Of a DNA stretch of 64,000 nucleotides, positions 53,601 to 64,000 are shown in pieces (position 1 is the first letter of the stretch; each line of letters starts with the position of its first letter). Origin of the DNA: Thalia democratica (lineage: Eukaryota). The stretch lies in contig OZ241826.1 of NCBI GenBank assembly GCA_965202585.1, positions 105,090,001 to 105,154,000 of the forward strand. The letters are read 5' to 3'. The notes beneath the pieces were generated by a model, which was given only the letters and a program-made list of their open reading frames with translations, searched no databases and was not told the origin of the DNA. The translations under genes and the position numbers were made by a program.

Positions 53601-56600
53601 AAAGAAATATTAAATTACAACACTGTTTCAAAGAGTCACGTTTTTTTACACCACAATTTATATTACGCAATTTTGTTGAAATTCTATGAGAAAAAGTTAG
53701 AAAATAACAGTATAACTAAAAAAATATTTTTATATAAGAACAAAAATCAATACATGTTAGTCTGGGAAAACTTTTAAAGCTGGATACAGATTTAAAACGG
53801 TTTTTAAAGTACTTATTACTTCACATTTTAAAAATCAAACAATCAGTTTAGTCTTTCCTTGGCATTAAATTATGTATTTTGACATAATGTTTGATAGACT
53901 ATTTATAAAGTGAAATAAAAATTGTAAATGTCGTTATGTACTTGTACTACTTATTTTTATATAATCAACTATAAGCTGTTAAAAACAAATAAAATGTTGA
54001 AGTTGACAATTTTTTTAACCGCCCAAAACTTTTTTAGCTAAAGAGAAAAAGTGAAGATCTCTCAAAACCGTTCACAACTCCGAAGCTGAAAAAAGTTGAA
54101 AGCAAACCTGACCTTAGTATCAGCAAAGGTTTAGTTTTTATTGATTTAGATTTTTAACTTAAATATTAATAGTTTCAAACTTAAGTTTTAACGTGACTTA
54201 GTTTAACTTACAACTTATAAACAAACGAATACTGATCTAAACATAAAAGATGAAAAGTTAAGACTTTTTATTACAACTTAAATAAGTAAAAATGCTGACA
54301 CTAAGTAGTTAGCTATAAAAGAAAAAGTTTTAGCAAAAACAAAAAGCTTGGTTTAAACGAAAAGTAAAACCAAAATTAAACTTGCAAAATTCTAAAAAGT
54401 TAACTATACAAATAATTTACAATTAATAAAATTTCTTTATCTCAAAACAGCTAAGGAACTCCCAAAGCACCGCCCATTGGTCCCCATAAAATCTCTCAAG
54501 CTCCCGTCGAATCGTGACGTCATAATATCTCCGGAAACCGGCAATAAGAAGGTGCAGATGATCGGGCAACCGGCGCACGTGAGGAAGATTAGCAACGTCG
54601 TGCAACTTGATCCCAACGCCAAGGTTCAGATCCTTCCCATGGAGAAGATAATCGCCCTGACGTCCCAGAAGCCCGTTCTGCTGAAACCAGGCACTCTGAT
54701 CAAGGTGGCGAGCCATGGAGACAAGAACAAGTCGATCCAGGAGCTGCAGAAGCTGGAGGTCTCTCCCAACAGTCTCAAAAACAAAAACGCCAAAATAGTC
54801 AGCCCCGTCCTGCTGAGGAAGCCGACCCAGAGCGCTCAGGATCTCAGGGAGGCCGAAGAAAGGAGGAGACGAGAGGAGCAGCTGAAGAAGGAGCAAGAGC
54901 AGAAGAAGCAGGAAGAAAAAGAGAGGCTGAGGAAAGAAGAAGCTCTCAAGAGGGAGGAAAAGATCCGGAAGGAGAAAGAAGAGCAGCAGAGGCTTGAGGC
55001 GGAGAGAATTCGAAAGGAGAAGGTCGAAGAGGAGAAGATGAGAGCGGAGCAGGAGAGAAAGAGGCAAGAAGCCGAGAGGCTGGAGCAACAAATGAAGGAA
55101 GAAGCTGAGAGGAAGAGGCGAGAAGAAGAGGACAGGTTGAAGAGAGAAGCTGAAGAGAAGCTCAAGCAGGAGCAGCTTCGAGAGGAGGAGAAAAAACGGA
55201 AGGAGCTCGAAATGAAGAAGATCAAAGAAGAGGAGGAGAGGAGACACATTGAAGAGGTGCAGAGAATGGAGCACGAGGAGCAGATCAAGCTGGAGGTGGC
55301 GAAGAAGCAGCAGGAGGAGAACATGAAAAAGATAAAGGAGGCGGAAGAGCAGAAGAAGATCATGCAGGTGAAGCAGGAGCAGGAGATGAAGATCAAGCAG
55401 CAGATTCAGCAGCAACAGGATCAGAAACCCCCCAAGCAGTTCGTCGTCAAGCAGCAGAATCCCCAGCAACAGCAGCTCTACGGCATCCCCTTCAGCGCAA
55501 CCCTGCCATCAAGTGGTGAGCAACCGCGGCTTATGATGAACGCCACTTTTAACTACCGCGCTGCGCTGGGAAATCCCCCAAATCAAAACTCGCCGCATGG
55601 TGGCGCCAAAACGACGCCCTCGAGCGGATACGAGACTTTTAACTTTCCCTTCCAAACTAACCAGCCTGTTAATACTGTTGCTAATCAGGGTAACCCCCAA
55701 AAGCAAGCTACTGGGGCGAACCCACAGCGGGTTCCCATGAGGCCCCCACAGCAGCGCTTACCAACAAGTTTCGTTGCCACTAACAACCAGTTGCCTAACA
55801 ACCAATTGCAAGCTACTAACCAAATGCAAGCCGTTAGAACTCGGCAGCCAACTAACTTGGAAGGTAACTTGTATTGCAAACTACTAAAAAACTAATATAA
55901 TAACTTACATAAGTAGTGATCTAACGGATTTACAAAACAGAGTCCCTGGTATAGATTTTTTTAGAAGTTAAGGTCCTTTTGTTTTGCAAAAACTACTTTA
56001 AGGGTTATTAGTCCTTTAAATTGGAAAACCTTGTAATTTATTAAGTTGTTTACAGTTTTTATTGTTAAAAACAAATAGTGTTTATTTTTTATTTTACATT
56101 TAATACTAAAACTTAAGACCAATCAAACTTTTTCAAGCAAAAGTCTGGTTAGATTCGGTAGATCACTGAATAATAGTAATAATAGTAGTTCAGTAAACTT
56201 TAACTATTTTGGAATGTTACAAGATAAAACTTATAAAGCCAACTAATGTAACAACTTAGTTATATAGTTATAGCAATACTTGACTTGAGATAACCTCTTA
56301 ATATTACTAAGTCTAACAGTTAAGGAACTCCTTAATTTGTTAATACTAATACTTTTGTCCATAAAAGCACTACTTAGATGTAGACCAGTGGTCGTCAAGC
56401 TAATCTAATTCTGTGTACACCAAGCTGCAAAAATTTAAACCGGTGCACACCAAGATCTAATTTTAATAGTGGTTGGACTACGTAAACACTTTTATTAGTG
56501 CATTTATCTTTAAAAGTCATAACTCAGCTTGTATTTACATGCAAACCATTTGACAACTTAAGCTGAAACTTTTTTTCTGATCCACTTTTTAATTGACCTC

Positions 56601-59600
56601 TTCATTTGTTTTACCTTATTTTCACAATGATATTTTAGTTATATGGATTTGTCTTACATACTTGTTAATTGAACACTTCTCCGCAATTACTACAAAATCC
56701 CCGGTTCAGTATTCTTTAAATAGTTTATTAATTATTATTTACATACTTAAACTAACTCTATGTATTTTTTTCTGTAATCTCAAAATTTCGTGCACCCCTA
56801 AATGAGTTTCGTGTACACTAGTGTGCATGTACACCTTGACGACCACTGATGTAGACAATAGCATAGCGACTAAAAGATGATCCTAGAGTTCTAAGATCTC
56901 AATTTATGCTAGTAAAAATTGTGAAAGTGACAATAAACAAAACAATTTTAACTTTCTGTTTAAATAAAAATAACTTTTAAATAACTTTCTATGTCAGTTG
57001 CTATTTATATTTTAACTCAGTCGCTATAATCTATACAATTCCGAATTGACATCCTAGGGTCTTAAATCATGTCCTAGCTAATTATATTACTTAAAAAATA
57101 TTATTACAGCTTGAATAACTGTTTTTTTTTCTAATTACTAAAAGACAAATGTGCTTTTGCAGAATGTAGACATTTTGTATCCAATAAATGCATGCCCTAG
57201 TAGAGGCTAAATGTTTTGCTATGCCCTTAAATCTCCTTAAAAATTTACCCAGAGTTACTTATAAAAGAGTTTCAAATAAAAAATAACTCTTTTTTTAGTC
57301 GAAAACAAGCGTTTAATTAGCATAAGATTCATTTGACCTATATAAATTAAACTACTTTGCAATAACTTATTTGCTAAAAGCTCAAAAGTATTAACAATTT
57401 CTGACTGAATTAGAATTAAAACTTACTAAAATATTATACCAACAGATGCTTACATTTTATAAATTTATTACTTTTTTAAGTATACATCCGTTAATAATTA
57501 AAATATAGTTGCAGAACATGAAATAAACGGTCAACATTTTACAACAGCGACGCAACCACCCATGACGAACTCCGCTTCGCTTCCCGCCAAAATGCCCTCA
57601 ATGACGTCATCATCTCCCTACCCCCCACAACAACAACCCCCTATACAACGTCACCCCACCCAGCAGCAGATTATGACGTCATACGGTATGAACCAGCACC
57701 AGCTGGCGGCGATGATAAATCAGCGAATGACGTTGCAGCATCAGAGAATGCCAGCCAATCAGAGGCTTCAAAATCCTCAGCAGGTTAAAGCTCAAGTTTT
57801 TTAGTGTTTAAATTAAAAGTACAAATTATTCATTTCGATTTATTATAATATATTGATTTATTAGATTATTTTGAAAAACTTTAGTGTAAATTTCCTTAAT
57901 AAACTTAGACTTTTTACAACTTTCAGTTATAAATTTTAAACTAAATTTATAGTTTTAGTAACAAAAGTTCACATTGCACATTAAAAATCTTTTGAACCTA
58001 AAAAAATATATTTATTTTTTTACCTCAGCTACCCAACCAGCAACCGAGGATGCAGATCAAATTCAACAACCCGCAAGTTCCCATGGCAACCATTCCCCAG
58101 GGTAACCACCTCAAACAGCCTCCTCCCCAACAGAGGCAGGTGGCCCCTCCTCCCAGGATGACGGTCACCCCTCCCCAGCAACACGGGGTTGTCAGGAACA
58201 TGGCTGCCACGCAACAATCTGGCCAACAGTTGGCGCCACAGAGAAAATTGCCGACCGTCAAACAAGAGTTGGAGGTATTACAAGTAAAACATATATGTTT
58301 AAATTATACTTATAAATTTTTTTGAAGTGTGTTTATTAACAAAGTTAAAGTTGGCGGATCCGTAGTACACTAGTCTAGATAAACTTGTTTTAAAAATATT
58401 GTCTAGTCAAAATAAAAAATAATAAAATTAATACATTGGATGCTTAACTTTTGCTAGAAAAAAGATATAACAAATGTAATCTCAAGAAGTTTGTCTAAAT
58501 ACTTGAACATTACAAGTACATGAGCTTTTTTCTGTTTGAACACCTTTAGACTCAAACTAGTACTTATACGTTTAATTTATGAACTTGTAAGTTTATGCAT
58601 GAAATAACTATCAAAACAATTTGTTGCCACCAACAACTCACAGCTTTTCGTAACTCACAGGCGAAGAAAAGACAGCAGGCCATAAACGCAGCTCAAACTA
58701 AAGTGAAGGCGGAAAAACAAGAAGCCAGCAAAAGTGAGTTTTATTAATTGAATTTTTATTATTAAAGCAGTTCTAGAGGTTTTAGAAAAATTCAAAGCTT
58801 ATAGCTTTTGCTGAGTTTTCTTTGATGTTACTAGCACGACAACTTAAAGTCTATAAGTTGTTTACAAGAAGTGACAAATGTTTGAAAAATCTTGAGTGTA
58901 AGCTCTTGATCTTTAAAACTTTTACCTGTATTCAAATAAGCCGACTTCAGTTTTCTTGGTAGTGAATGAGTAATCACAAGTGCTCGTAAATACACTCTTG
59001 TTTAAAGATCTACTTGACTACTAAAAATGCGCTGTAATTTTTTTAATTACGACATAAACATTAATATTAATGTGTTTCAGATCGTATAGTTTTAATTTAA
59101 TTTCAAATAACCTGACTCAGTTTTACTTGGTAATGTTTAAACCATTTTCAACTTTTTCGCAACTATACTTTTTTACGATTTATTTGACTACTTCAGCACT
59201 TTTGCTACATACTTTTGGTTACTATTTTTATATTTATGAACTTCAATTTAATTTTAATAAATTTTTTCAGGTCACATGGCGACACCCACCGGAAATAAAA
59301 ACGCGCCAAAAATAAAAACCGAGCCACAAGCTCAGCAGCAGACAAGATTTCTCACCGCTAGTCAGGTAATATTTTAATTTTTCAGAATAAATATAAGTAC
59401 TTTTAAAGGTACTGCAATTGGTAAATACTAAAAAACTTGCTGAAATAAGATTTCATCAAAAGTATTTAATTAAACTAGCTCCATAAATTCATAAAATAAA
59501 ATTATTTGTAGAAGTTTCTTCATTTGCAACACACATACTTTTAAACAAACCTGAAAATTATACATATATGTCGCTGGGTATACTTACAATTCCTACCCGC

Positions 59601-62600
59601 GCACAAATCCCACCGAATTTTTTTAAATATTTTATTTATTAATTCTTTAACATCTCTGTTACCCCTAAGCGTTACCCTTTGTCGGTAAGCGGTTCTCAGA
59701 TTTGATCGGGTGGAAGTTGTGCGGTTTTTATATCGCTTGTACTAACTGTAAATAGTGTTTATTTAAAAGCTATAGTTTTTTATTATATATATCTATTAAT
59801 TGTGATGTATATAAATTTTTCTTAAAATAATCTTTTTTTCACACAGGCGCGCTACACTCCATCACCGAACAGAGCGGCCGCCAAGCAGCAAATTCAACAA
59901 AAAATTCCCCACCAACAAAACCCCATGGCGACGCCGCCCAACACGCGACCCCAGCAGCTCCCGCCCCAACGACCCCAGTACCACCCTCCCACGTCGCAGA
60001 AGCCCCCTCAGATACCAGCCCAGATCCCAACAAGTCAGAAGTCTCAGTTCCCGGGAATACCCAACCCGCTATTGCAGCAGGGCTTCTTCTTGCAGCAAGG
60101 ATTGCAGCAGGGATTGCAGCAGCAGGACATTAACAAGCAATTGCAGCAGGCAGCGCAGCAAGCGGCGGCCCAACAGGCGGCGGCCGGGTTTCCCCAGATG
60201 TACAACATCGGACAGATCGCAGGTTGGGGGAATAACCTTTCTTACAGTTTTGATTTGAATGTTTTTAAAGTGTTCATAAGTGTTTAAGAGTATTAGAGTT
60301 TTAATGTTAATAATTGTTTTGTTGTTTTTCCTTCACAAAATATTTTTTTCTCTATTTATACCAACTTTTAATTTTGTAGTTGATTATACTATCAGTACAT
60401 TTTGTTAATATTTCAATTAAACTTTGTATTATTAGATACTTGGATGTTTTTTTATGTTTACTAAGAAATATATTTTTATTAATACTATACTTTGTACCTT
60501 TGTGTAAATTTATACATTTGACAATTTTTCTAACTTTTTATTAACACTACTAACAACATATTTTATACAAATCTGTAAATTTAGCTCAACAAGACGTTTT
60601 ACAAGGAGCCTTCTATCTTTGGTGTTTGTCAGGTCTAAATAGATAGTTGATATACAAAAAATCAGAAATACAGGCTGCATAAACATAATATTATTAATTT
60701 TTACAATTGACAACTGCATATAGTTTTTTATTAACTATTAATAACAACATATTTTGTACCATTGTGTAAATTTAGCTCAACCAGATGTACTACAAGGTGC
60801 CTTCGATCTTTGGTGGATAAAAGGTAGTGATGAATATTTAATTGATGTAGAAACATGCAGGCTACAGGAACATTATTAATCATACGCTTTATTAAACCTG
60901 GTTGTTGTAAAAAATCCAACAGCCTTGACTAAATTATCACACAAATGTATACAAACAAAACTTTACAAGGATAAATGAAGATTAAAAAAAAACTTCTAAA
61001 CATTAATTAAGCAACCAAAAATAAAAAAAAACACACTAAACTGTTTTGTTGCAATTTATTTTAGTACAGCTATTTACGTTACCATGTATTTTTAATTAAA
61101 ACTTAACCACTTGTAGGCGTCAGAAAGTAAACAAGCAACTCAAGCTTATTTCAACTTAGAGCTAAAAATAACATGGTTTAAAGTTTCAGAATTTTCCCAC
61201 GCTTAATGATTCTTAATGTCGATATTTTACTTTTGTAACTGTTTTTAACTTTTTATCAAGGATATTTTTCAAGACGTTATTTTTGTAAATTGTTGTCGAA
61301 TAAAATACCAAATACTTAAGATGAGGTAAAATTACACATTTATTCGCTACATACTGGCCTGACTAAAAAATGATAAAAACATTATTAGTTGAAAAGTTTA
61401 AGGCTTATGTTGGTTTTACCAATAAAAAGTAGAATTAATTAATTGACAACCTACAATAAACAAAACAACTACTATAAAGCACAAACGTACATATTCAGCT
61501 AACAAACGTTCCTAATAAACAGCACAAACGGACCCACGCCTCTTGTCAATGTTACACCACCAAGCGGCAATTCAGCAGCAACAGCTTCAGGGTCTCACCC
61601 CGAGACCCCAGGGAATTCCCCATCCATACGCCGACCCATTTCATCAGCAAATACTCGCTCACATGATGGTTCGTTTGTTTTTTATTTAATTTTTAGTTTT
61701 GTTGTTAACTTTTTTTTTACATTTTGATGTTTGGTATAGATTTTATTCGATTATGAAACAATATTTACCCAAACTACGTTTTTAAAATTAATACCACTAT
61801 AAAACACTAAATTTAAGTTTTACTTAATTATAGTAAAATATTTTTTTTATAAAAAACTTCTTCAAGTAAAAAATAATACAAAAAACTTAAAAACTTCACT
61901 AAATTTATTCTATAAAAAAATCAATATCATTATATTTTTGTAAATATTATTTTATCCTTACCAGCAACAACAGCGACACCCACTGGTGGCCCCTCCACAA
62001 TCCTCCAAAACTCCCCCCAAACCCGAACCAGCTCCCGTGAAGCAACAGCGGCAGACCCAGCCCCAGCAGCAGCGCCACCACGTGAGAACCCCTCCCGTAA
62101 CCACGCAGCAACCGCGCGGTGTCGCCAGGGAGCAGAAACCCCCTCAAGTGGCGACGAGTCAGGTGAAGTATTCGGATCCCACCAAGAGCGACAAGGACAA
62201 AGTTGAGGAACATTTCATGATGAGCGGTTGGTGGAAATAAATAAATATTAAATAATAAAAAAAATAAAATATATGTTGGTTTTTTATTGCTACTGTGTTA
62301 TCTAAATTAAAATAAAAGTAATTAAGAGTAAGGAATAATTTTTCAATTTTTTGAACAAAATAGCTAGTTTTAATTTTTTATATACCTATTTTAAATGTGA
62401 AAAGCATGCTAATTAATTAAAAGCTACATTTGAATGTTTTTTTCTACTTTATTATATCTTGCTCTATACACTTCTTTAAATATTGTTTTTGTAGTAAATG
62501 GAGTTTTTAAGTTAATTTATTTAGTCTTATTAAAGATTATTATTATTTAGGATTTCCATCCAAAAGCATGCCTCAGCCTTCAGCTAAGCCGAGAATGCCT

Positions 62601-64000
62601 GCTTCGGGTAAATTATTTAATTTACTATTCAACTTTTTATTAATATCTTATATATTATAAAAAATAACACTCATGTATACTTCTGTTATAAAAATTTAAA
62701 AGTTTAAAATGTTTAATTCAAAACCTGATCAAAATTTAAAATAAAACTGAGTCAATGAACCGAAATAACAAACTACTGAAAACAAAATTTACTTATCATC
62801 TTACTTTATCTATTTAAATGAAAAATACTTGCACATACATGCTCTAATAGTAATTAAAAAAGGTTCTAATTAGTAAATAATCTGATCTTAATCAAATATG
62901 TAAACAAAAAGTCTAACCCTATAAATCGACTTATCAACTAATTATGACGCGTCAAAAGTTAAGTAATAAAATTAAAACTTTATAAGTTTATTCAAAAAAC
63001 TTTAGACTAACCCCGATTATGAAACAGTATTTGTGCAAACTACGTATTTAAAACTAATATCACTATAAAACATCATACATTTTGTTTTACTAAGTTACAG
63101 TAAAACATTTTTATTACCTTTGAAACTAAACTGATTGCTTTTAAGCTCCATAAGTTTGTGTGTATAAACAAATAAAGTAATAAGTAGACGACTAGTGTTA
63201 TAAATTAACTTCAAGAGTTTTGTATTAAAAGGAAAAGTAATAACCAAGTAACTTATAAGACAGGCTTGATATGCATCGTTTAGCTTTAATCTACTGTTGA
63301 TTGATCTTATTTCTGATTAAATAGCTTATTAATCAATTGCTTTCTTAACAAATACTTCCTTAACTGCATTAGATAACCAAGCTCAATGTTAAGTATTTTT
63401 GTACCATTAGTAAAGCTAGTAAATATATGTGAGTTGTTTTTAGTTTTAAAACTAACTTTAACTTTTTTATGTTATGTTTATAGGTATAAAAAAGCTAAAA
63501 CAAATAGTATAAACACAGTCTAGTTAAATTTTTATATTAAAAACAAATCTCAAAGCTCTAAAAAACTTAACTTAGTTTATAAACTACTTGTAAATACTTT
63601 TAAATCAGAGGTATATATAATTATGTTATTTTAAACTTTGTTTTAATTAAGTTACTGAAAAAAAAGTATTCTGTTTACTACACTACTACTTTCATATTAC
63701 TCCACTGTTATCAATTCAAATACTGTTTGTATGTTTTAAACAATTTAACACCATTTTTATAGTAAATCAACTCAGAATGTTACTTACAAAAAAAAACTTA
63801 CTCTAAATAAAGATAAAGTATTAAAAAAAAATTAATATTTAAACTAAAACATGTACAAAATACATAAATGTGTATTTATAAATAACAACCTAACTCTTTT
63901 TTCTTAGCAACGCCAGACAAGAAACCAGTGGTGCAGAACAAACCACCCCCACAGCAACAACCCCCACCCCAACCACCCCAAGGGGCCCCGCAACAATTCG
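14551..64000 (+). CDS. SPEN: SPEN/SHARP (Msx2-interacting protein)-like gene, partial, 33 exons, ~3,080 codons
   Basis: Spliced peptide FGFAKTPETSCLWVEG..KFGKVGPLTRNQKLHQSLVFYDKCEHAIGAY..KLKVDYADRFLIKYFVQIMKRS resembles the last N-terminal RRM of human SPEN as recalled (LGFGKSMPTNCVWLDG..KIKVDFANRE..CMEKS). ELAAAVNSI and LEEAAVRSII motifs and the very long low-complexity body fit SPEN. All 32 introns are GT-AG with matching phases. SPOC domain not in window. Confidence 0.78.
15593..15935 (+). pseudogene. Two degenerate partial copies of exon 15997
   Basis: FGIIGPLTRNEKLRKSL at 15593 vs FGKVGPLTRNQKLHQSL in the exon; second copy at ~15828-15935. Confidence 0.8.
15997..16181 (+). CDS. SPEN: SPEN-like exon (RRM body)
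   Basis: aacag acceptor, gtttgt donor, phase 2/1. Confidence 0.85.
16343..16480 (+). mobile_element. One-ended CAGGGTTGCCA-family fragment
   Basis: CAGGGTTGCCAAAA followed by AAACCT/CTGGA subrepeats. Similar fragments start at 1806, 7940, 10819 and 19204. Confidence 0.6.
16843..17045 (+). CDS. SPEN: SPEN-like exon
   Basis: aatag/gtatga, phase 1/0, open frame. Confidence 0.85.
17467..17997 (+). repeat. ~101-bp tandem repeat spanning an acceptor (6 acceptor copies)
   Basis: TTTTCAG|GATAAAMCCAAACGTC with exon starts at 17479, 17580, 17681, 17780, 17881 and 17982. Confidence 0.95.
17982..18064 (+). CDS. SPEN: SPEN-like exon
   Basis: ttttcag/gttcgt, phase 0/2. Confidence 0.8.
18380..18575 (+). 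CDS. SPEN: SPEN-like exon
   Basis: cgcag/gttagt, phase 2/0. Confidence 0.85.
18884..19145 (+). CDS. SPEN: SPEN-like exon (K-rich)
   Basis: CAGCAG acceptor/gtttat, phase 0/1. Confidence 0.85.
19204..19342 (+). mobile_element. One-ended CAGGGTTGCCA-family fragment between 35-bp direct repeats
   Basis: 19169-19203 and 19343-19377 match at 32/35. Confidence 0.6.
20972..21301 (+). CDS. SPEN: SPEN-like exon
   Basis: ttttcag/gtgaga, phase 1/1. Confidence 0.85.
21614..21758 (+). CDS. SPEN: SPEN-like exon
   Basis: TAGCAG acceptor/gttggt, phase 1/2; a 14.1-kb intron follows. Confidence 0.75.
25590..26070 (+). repeat. Degenerate ~200-bp tandem repeat with donor and acceptor motifs
   Basis: ACGCTA|GTAAG three times; CCTCAAGCCTGACTAATGRCAGAATAATTTCAG|AGC twice. 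Confidence 0.75.
29755..30165. repeat. Degenerate local tandem duplication
   Basis: GTCAGTAACGTAA twice; GCCAGTWATTTGAT..TCAGAAAARTGACA twice. Confidence 0.6.
34140..34505. repeat. ~210-bp tandem duplication
   Basis: TAGTTCTGGTGGCTT..ACTTGTGTCATAACAAATCTTTAGA..CACACTTTTTTTGAAAATTTA occurs twice. Confidence 0.85.
35895..36066 (+). CDS. SPEN: SPEN-like exon
   Basis: tacag/gtttgt, phase 2/0. Confidence 0.75.
36019..36350 (+). repeat. Tandem copies of exon end plus donor (4 copies)
   Basis: 48-nt VKQLPKVPQLTVDVNK unit at 36019, 36108, 36194 and 36300. Confidence 0.9.
36668..36829 (+). CDS. SPEN: SPEN-like exon
   Basis: aacag/gtgagt, phase 0/0. Confidence 0.8.
40072..40295 (+). CDS. SPEN: SPEN-like exon
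   Basis: ttcag/gttagt, phase 0/2. Confidence 0.8.
41620..42060 (+). repeat. Tandem copies of acceptor plus exon start (4 copies)
   Basis: Exon-start copies at 41630, 41769, 41891 and the functional 42005. Confidence 0.9.
42005..42238 (+). CDS. SPEN: SPEN-like exon
   Basis: tacag/gtcttt (weak donor chosen by phase), phase 2/2. Confidence 0.75.
44306..44421 (+). CDS. SPEN: SPEN-like exon
   Basis: tacag/gtgagg, phase 2/1. Confidence 0.8.
44656..46510 (+). CDS. SPEN: SPEN-like large exon (K/S/E-rich)
   Basis: ttcag/gtaaac, phase 1/2; includes ORF 44868-46514 and extends it upstream. Confidence 0.9.
44701..44870 (+). repeat. 30-bp coding minisatellite, ~5.7 copies (NEHSKNFSTT)
   Basis: ATGAGCATTCAAAAAACTTTTCAACAACCA unit, in frame within exon 44656. 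Confidence 0.95.
46760..47072 (+). CDS. SPEN: SPEN-like exon
   Basis: tatag/gtatga, phase 2/0. Confidence 0.85.
47349..47552 (+). CDS. SPEN: SPEN-like exon
   Basis: catag/gtttgt, phase 0/0. Confidence 0.85.
47819..48078 (+). CDS. SPEN: SPEN-like exon
   Basis: ttcag/gtttga, phase 0/2. Confidence 0.85.
48298..48619 (+). CDS. SPEN: SPEN-like exon
   Basis: tttag/gtaagt, phase 2/0. Confidence 0.85.
48874..49131 (+). CDS. SPEN: SPEN-like exon (LELEEAAVRSII)
   Basis: cacag/gtcagg, phase 0/0. Confidence 0.85.
49399..49575 (+). CDS. SPEN: SPEN-like exon (EQELAAAVNSIF)
   Basis: ctcag/gtaaat, phase 0/0. Confidence 0.85.
49753..49956 (+). CDS. SPEN: SPEN-like exon (SPEKK repeats)
   Basis: tttag/gtgagt, phase 0/0. 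Confidence 0.85.
50192..50329 (+). CDS. SPEN: SPEN-like exon
   Basis: tgtag/gttagt, phase 0/0. Confidence 0.8.
54038..54128 (+). CDS. SPEN: SPEN-like exon
   Basis: tttag/gtttag, phase 0/1. Confidence 0.8.
54451..55863 (+). CDS. SPEN: SPEN-like large exon (ER/K helix, then Q/P/N-rich)
   Basis: aacag/gtaact, phase 1/1; corresponds to ORF 54477-55895. Confidence 0.9.
56386..56848. mobile_element. hAT-type MITE, 463 bp
   Basis: Perfect 14-bp TIRs CAGTGGTCGTCAAG / CTTGACGACCACTG; perfect 8-bp TSD ATGTAGAC (56378-56385, 56849-56856). Confidence 0.92.
57515..57783 (+). CDS. SPEN: SPEN-like exon (Q/P/M-rich)
   Basis: tgcag/gttaaa, phase 1/0. Confidence 0.85.
58029..58274 (+). CDS. SPEN: SPEN-like exon
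   Basis: ctcag/gtatta, phase 0/0. Confidence 0.85.
58661..58733 (+). CDS. SPEN: SPEN-like exon
   Basis: cacag/gtgagt, phase 0/1. Confidence 0.8.
59271..59365 (+). CDS. SPEN: SPEN-like exon
   Basis: ttcag/gtaata, phase 1/0. Confidence 0.8.
59847..60222 (+). CDS. SPEN: SPEN-like exon (Q/P/A-rich)
   Basis: cacag/gttggg, phase 0/1. Confidence 0.85.
60585..60632 (+). CDS. Candidate 48-nt cassette exon A (AQQDVLQGAFYLWCLS)
   Basis: tttag/gtctaa (weak donor), phase 1/1, paralogous to 60776-60823. Confidence 0.4.
60776..60823 (+). CDS. Candidate 48-nt cassette exon B (AQPDVLQGAFDLWWIK)
   Basis: tttag/gtagtg, phase 1/1; fits between the exons ending 60222 and starting 61523. Confidence 0.5.
61523..61668 (+). 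CDS. SPEN: SPEN-like exon
   Basis: aacag/gttcgt, phase 1/0. Confidence 0.8.
61965..62226 (+). CDS. SPEN: SPEN-like exon
   Basis: accag/gttggt, phase 0/1. Confidence 0.8.
62551..62607 (+). CDS. SPEN: SPEN-like exon
   Basis: tttag/gtaaat, phase 1/1. Confidence 0.75.
63908..64000 (+). CDS. SPEN: SPEN-like exon, runs off the window end
   Basis: cttag acceptor, phase 1, open P/Q-rich frame. Confidence 0.8.

Noticed and set aside
54423-55469. 348-aa Leu-rich minus-strand ORF and other ORFs antisense to exons
   Set aside because: Shadow frames of the GAG/AAG/CAG-rich plus-strand exons; no splice or homology support.
56862-57030. Short inverted repeat ATAGCGACT / AGTCGCTAT
   Set aside because: Only ~9-12 bp and no TSD found.
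59575-59725. Imperfect inverted repeat (GCACAAATCCCACC / GGTGGAAGTTGTGC), GC-richer island
   Set aside because: Possibly an old MITE, but termini and TSD cannot be defined.
61499-61515. Alternative acceptor TTCAG|CTAAC upstream of exon 61523
   Set aside because: In-frame TAA after five codons.

Overview
AT-rich animal genomic DNA with no prokaryotic features; TGACGTCA-rich coding sequence (MTS/DDV peptides) suggests an ascidian or tunicate, by inference only. 14551-64000 holds 33 phase-consistent plus-strand exons (~3,080 codons) of a SPEN/SHARP-like gene, from the last N-terminal RRM through a long K/S/E/Q/P low-complexity body. Its upstream RRMs and C-terminal SPOC domain were not found in the window. 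The first ~14 kb (probably an upstream intron of this gene) is a degenerate higher-order tandem repeat carrying 14 cassettes of fixed geometry: a GTGACGT motif, then ~70 bp later a hypervariable ~35-nt segment, an ATTT(T)G/A tract and a covarying AGCYAC-loop-GTRGCT hairpin. I read these as a candidate family of ~60-nt Sm/U7-like small RNAs with diversified 5' ends; this is the lead finding and is inference. The array is interrupted by a young 4.3-kb non-autonomous LTR element (566-bp LTRs, CCAA TSD, PBS, PPT, one 480-aa ORF) and two MITEs. Introns repeatedly hold tandem 'echo' copies of exon ends, several with excess synonymous differences, plus twin frame-preserving 48-nt microexon candidates. 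All alignments and counts were done by eye.
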